In this document: positions 62,201-64,000 of the stretch, piece after piece
Numbering within the stretch: position 1 is the stretch's first letter
How the letters are laid out: every line of letters begins with the position of its first letter
The notes under the pieces: generated by a model
The model's database searches: none
What the model was told of the DNA's origin: nothing
The model's input: only the letters and a program-made list of their open reading frames with translations
Source: Azolla caroliniana
Lineage: Eukaryota > Plantae > Polypodiophyta
Direction: 5' to 3'
Assembly (NCBI GenBank): GCA_043228905.1
Contig: JBHGNT010000013.1
Location: forward strand, 3,162,001-3,226,000
DNA length: 64,000 nt
Position numbers and translations under genes: made by a program

Positions 62201-62732
62201 CGGGTACATGCCGACGGAGCTCATGTTCGGCCAGAAGCCGATCATGCCGATTGAACGGACGATCTCCTCGTGGGCAACGGTCGACTGGAGGGTCGAGATG
62301 AGCCGGGAGGAGTTGTTGGCCGCACGTATACGACAGCTCGAGCGAAGACCGGAGGACGTGGCACTGGCTGCGGAGAAGCTCCGGGTGGCGAGGACAAAGA
62401 ACAAAGCCCGGTTCGACCGAACGCACCGGCTACGACCGAAGAAAATCGACGAAGGTGACTGGGTGCTCGTCTACGACAGCAGCCTCGACAACCAGCACCG
62501 AGCAACGCGGAAGTTCGCACGGAGATGGTTCGGGCCGTACACGGTACAGAGCGCCAACGACAACGGGACGTATCATCTAGCGGAGCTCGACGGTACGAGA
62601 ATAGCGATACCCGTGGCCGGGAAGAGGATCAAAGCTTTCAAGAAGCGGCACGACGACGAACCCGACCCGATTCTCCTGGACAGCAGCGACGACCGATCCG
62701 AGGCCGAGGAAGGGCCGGCAGGCGAAGAGTAG
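59235..62732 (+). CDS. Pol (RT-RNase H-integrase) of K, in -1 frame, probably expressed by ribosomal frameshifting
   Basis: Frame open from 59235. RT DLYSGYDQF, LPQGGTNS, PFLDDIP. RH VDTSPTGIG, ETDC, ADMLSR. IN H..H..CESC, MVDLV, ADRGE, NGKVERGH, WFGPY. Confidence 0.92.
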   Translation, partial: GFLERAAKAWGRDSPDTLGKPHTCTIKPKKPCTIGREFLFSDSGACKIVGIGGREKTKAEGRLRACGVLGPDEEINGAVEAVSFGDTLGMLGKVVEEGLNEDRTIPVCSEEMYEVIADFGRGLESVRTAHVSTKYKTVDRKVRPVAAPLPEDSASRVKGVASDPSLRDPACIGHTFTDETLRELKIGGGEFLLPAEEDRFRRMLGRHGKAFAFSPEEIGCVDPTIVEPMVIFTVPHVPWNLKPIPVPRAHIPKLMELLRQKVDMGILEPSSAPYSNRWFTVPKKNGSLRFIQDLQPVNRVTIRNAGIGPTIDEFAEAFAGRSIYSVGDLYSGYDQFQLAVESRDITTMRTPLGLVRMCTLPQGGTNSVAHMVNAMNKVLRDCIPDITMPFLDDIPIKGCPVEEKDETIGPDGCRRFVATHIDDCEKVLQRLEDARLTFSGEKSAFGQSEIMVVGHLCGPYGRKPSPAKVEAISAMKPDCSSVTEVRRFLGACAFYHIWIPHYAHVAEPLYGLLKKGRRFEWLDEHAESVRKLKEALAAAPALRKAVYGKGTPVFITVDTSPTGIGWVVNQEDEDGNRFPIRFGAKVLSERQRGYAQVKRELWGIVSAVKADKDYLIGTEVIIETDCLPILGMVSGCTTPDLAMLRWIAYVKSLDPEIRHISGKDNAMADMLSRARFDDEGGMVSEVEEVGVDFFEAAYITTDGVSTPALNEFDASKYDGEWLQIGGFLKTMTPDASWTKDEANRIRKKAYRFFLRDGHLWKHPKKKDGVPLRVVAMKEVQEELLAAYHDSPWAGHRGTWATFEKLKGKYWWPGLYRDVHRFVSTCESCQMHSIVRHRDGLHPTYPPTIHFKWMVDLVTMPMGVGQMRYLVLAREDLTNQVEGRALQNKTTAAVCRFLVEDVICRYGCVGKIVADRGELDAEEAAELFDRLGVKLSLTTAYNPEANGKVERGHGPIVKALIRACGGRVGNWPRLLPYALWADRTTHSSVTGYMPTELMFGQKPIMPIERTISSWATVDWRVEMSREELLAARIRQLERRPEDVALAAEKLRVARTKNKARFDRTHRLRPKKIDEGDWVLVYDSSLDNQHRATRKFARRWFGPYTVQSANDNGTYHLAELDGTRIAIPVAGKRIKAFKKRHDDEPDPILLDSSDDRSEAEEGPAGEE

Positions 62733-63862
62733 AGGCGGGCCGGTTTTCTCCGTGCCAACTTAATTTGGCGCATGCCGGTGGATGCGCGGTTAGGTGGGGG
62801 CGGATGTCGTGAAGAAAACCGCCCACAAGAGGAATCGGAGGAACAAGGCGTGGGAAACGGCTCTACACACACACGCGCGCCAGGAAGTACCTAAGGACGA
62901 AGTAGGTACATACGAGGATCCTAGGTGGGAAGATTCGGTTGGTATGCAGTTAATGCCAAACGGCCCCTTGACGGGCTATAAAAGGAAGAGGAAGAATAGA
63001 AGTGGGGGTATCTCCCGCGGAGAGGACGAAGTGCTGCCGAACCGATTTCGGAGCTTCTCTCTCACTCCTGCTCTCTCTCTGTCTTCTGCTCCATCGCGTA
63101 CCTGTGCAGGTTTCGAGGAGGCCTGCGCGGTTCCGTGGAACGCCCCGAGTGCGTCCTGCAGCACCTCCGACCTGTTTTCCCTTTCTGTGCGTCGCGACAT
63201 ACAGGGGTCGGCAGCTGTTCGCCGCCCTGTTCGTTTCGTTAGTATCTATTTTTTTTTTGTGCCCCACTGTGGGTTGTAATGCTTTAGTCTGTTATTTTCT
63301 TGCATTCATAAGTACATATCTCTCGTTGTTGCGTCCATCTGCGTCGGCGTTTATTTGTGATCTCTGTTTGTTGGGCCGTGTCCCTGTGCAATTGTCGGTT
63401 CTGCGCAATCGGATCTTCGGTTCTGTGTAATCGGGTCTCTCTCTCTTACTCCTCTCTCTCTTGCTCTTCGGTTCGAGACCCCCGTGGTCCCTCCTCCTTT
63501 CTACACGCAAGGGCGTAGCAACCCCGACACCGGCATCTAAAGGTGTTCGGGTGTGTCGCATATGTGCATGTTGCAAAGGGCAAGAGGGCAAAGTTGCATC
63601 CGAAGTCCAGGCCATGCATATTCCTTGGATATGGCGATGATGAGTTCGGTTACCGGGTGTGGGGTCTAGTCCACAAGAAGGTGTTCCCGAGTTGGGGCAT
63701 AGTTTTCATGGAAGCTAGGACCATTGACAACTAGGAGTCGGAGAAGAAGATGATAAACTCCAGATCATCCAATGAAAATAGGATGAAGGATAGAAGGATG
63801 TACCCGGTAACCGGATGACACTCGCCGGATCGGCCGGATTCGGATAGGAAACCGAACTGACG

Positions 63863-63908
63863 GAAGAAGAAGAAGAAGAAGAAGAAGAAGAAGAAGAAGA
63901 AGAAGAAG
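63863..63908. repeat. (GAA)n microsatellite in the acidic IN-RT linker of Copia I
   Basis: Direct reading. Confidence 0.95.
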
Positions 63909-64000
63909 ACAACGGAACCGGACAAGATCCCGAATCAGATTCGGATTCAGAACAAATGGAGGAACTAGTAGTCAGAAACCAAGGACGGAGATATCCTCTC

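Larger units (their letters stand above)
56350..63529 (+). mobile_element. Intact young non-chromoviral Ty3/gypsy element K
   Basis: 725-bp LTRs at 56350-57074 and 62805-63529 (TGTCG...CGACA; one difference seen). 4-bp TSD CCGG. PBS TGGTGAACCCGACGTGAA 57078-57095. PPT 62792-62804. Confidence 0.97.
49068..64000 (+). mobile_element. Decayed Tork-like Copia I (pieces 49068-49990, 55486-56349, 63530-64000+), host of J and K
   Basis: 5' LTR 49068-49579. PBS-Met 49583-49594. gag MEESFNSMFKLTGSNY. pol resumes PEVQLNLI after J and SYRHLKVFGC across K. Confidence 0.85.

Noticed and set aside
59183-62872. Many overlapping and antisense ORFs over K pol and other GC-rich elements
   Set aside because: Shadow ORFs from stop-poor GC-rich coding sequence.

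Overview
Plant nuclear DNA. A non-seed plant such as a fern is inferred from the Tcn1-like chromoviruses and the unusual gypsy lineage. It holds one clear host gene, a MAPKKK-family (MAPKKK14-21-like) Ser/Thr kinase at 12614-14086, preceded by a GC-rich, motif-dense upstream region. Most of the rest is retrotransposon: decayed LINEs and two four-level nests of LTR retrotransposons (about 20-46 kb and 46-64 kb). I ordered the nests using LTR ends, PBS/PPT and target-site duplications (TSDs). Three elements look intact and very young: Copia 20965-26424 (-), Tork/Tnt1-like Copia 34794-40053 (+) and Ty3/gypsy 56350-63529 (+). Main observations: (1) the gypsy at 56350 combines a tRNA-Trp PBS, a 4-bp TSD and a Gag-protease ORF followed by a -1 frameshift into RT-RH-IN; (2) the Tcn1-like LTRs carry an antisense tRNA-like A-box/B-box cassette at their U3 end, and the element has a self-priming PBS and a slippery site plus pseudoknot; (3) unrelated Copia families share a sequence-divergent hairpin enclosing the PPT/U3 junction; (4) the kinase activation loop has a 10-aa-periodic insertion largely removable as an in-frame GT-AG segment (exitron candidate). 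All comparisons were made by eye, with no database searches.
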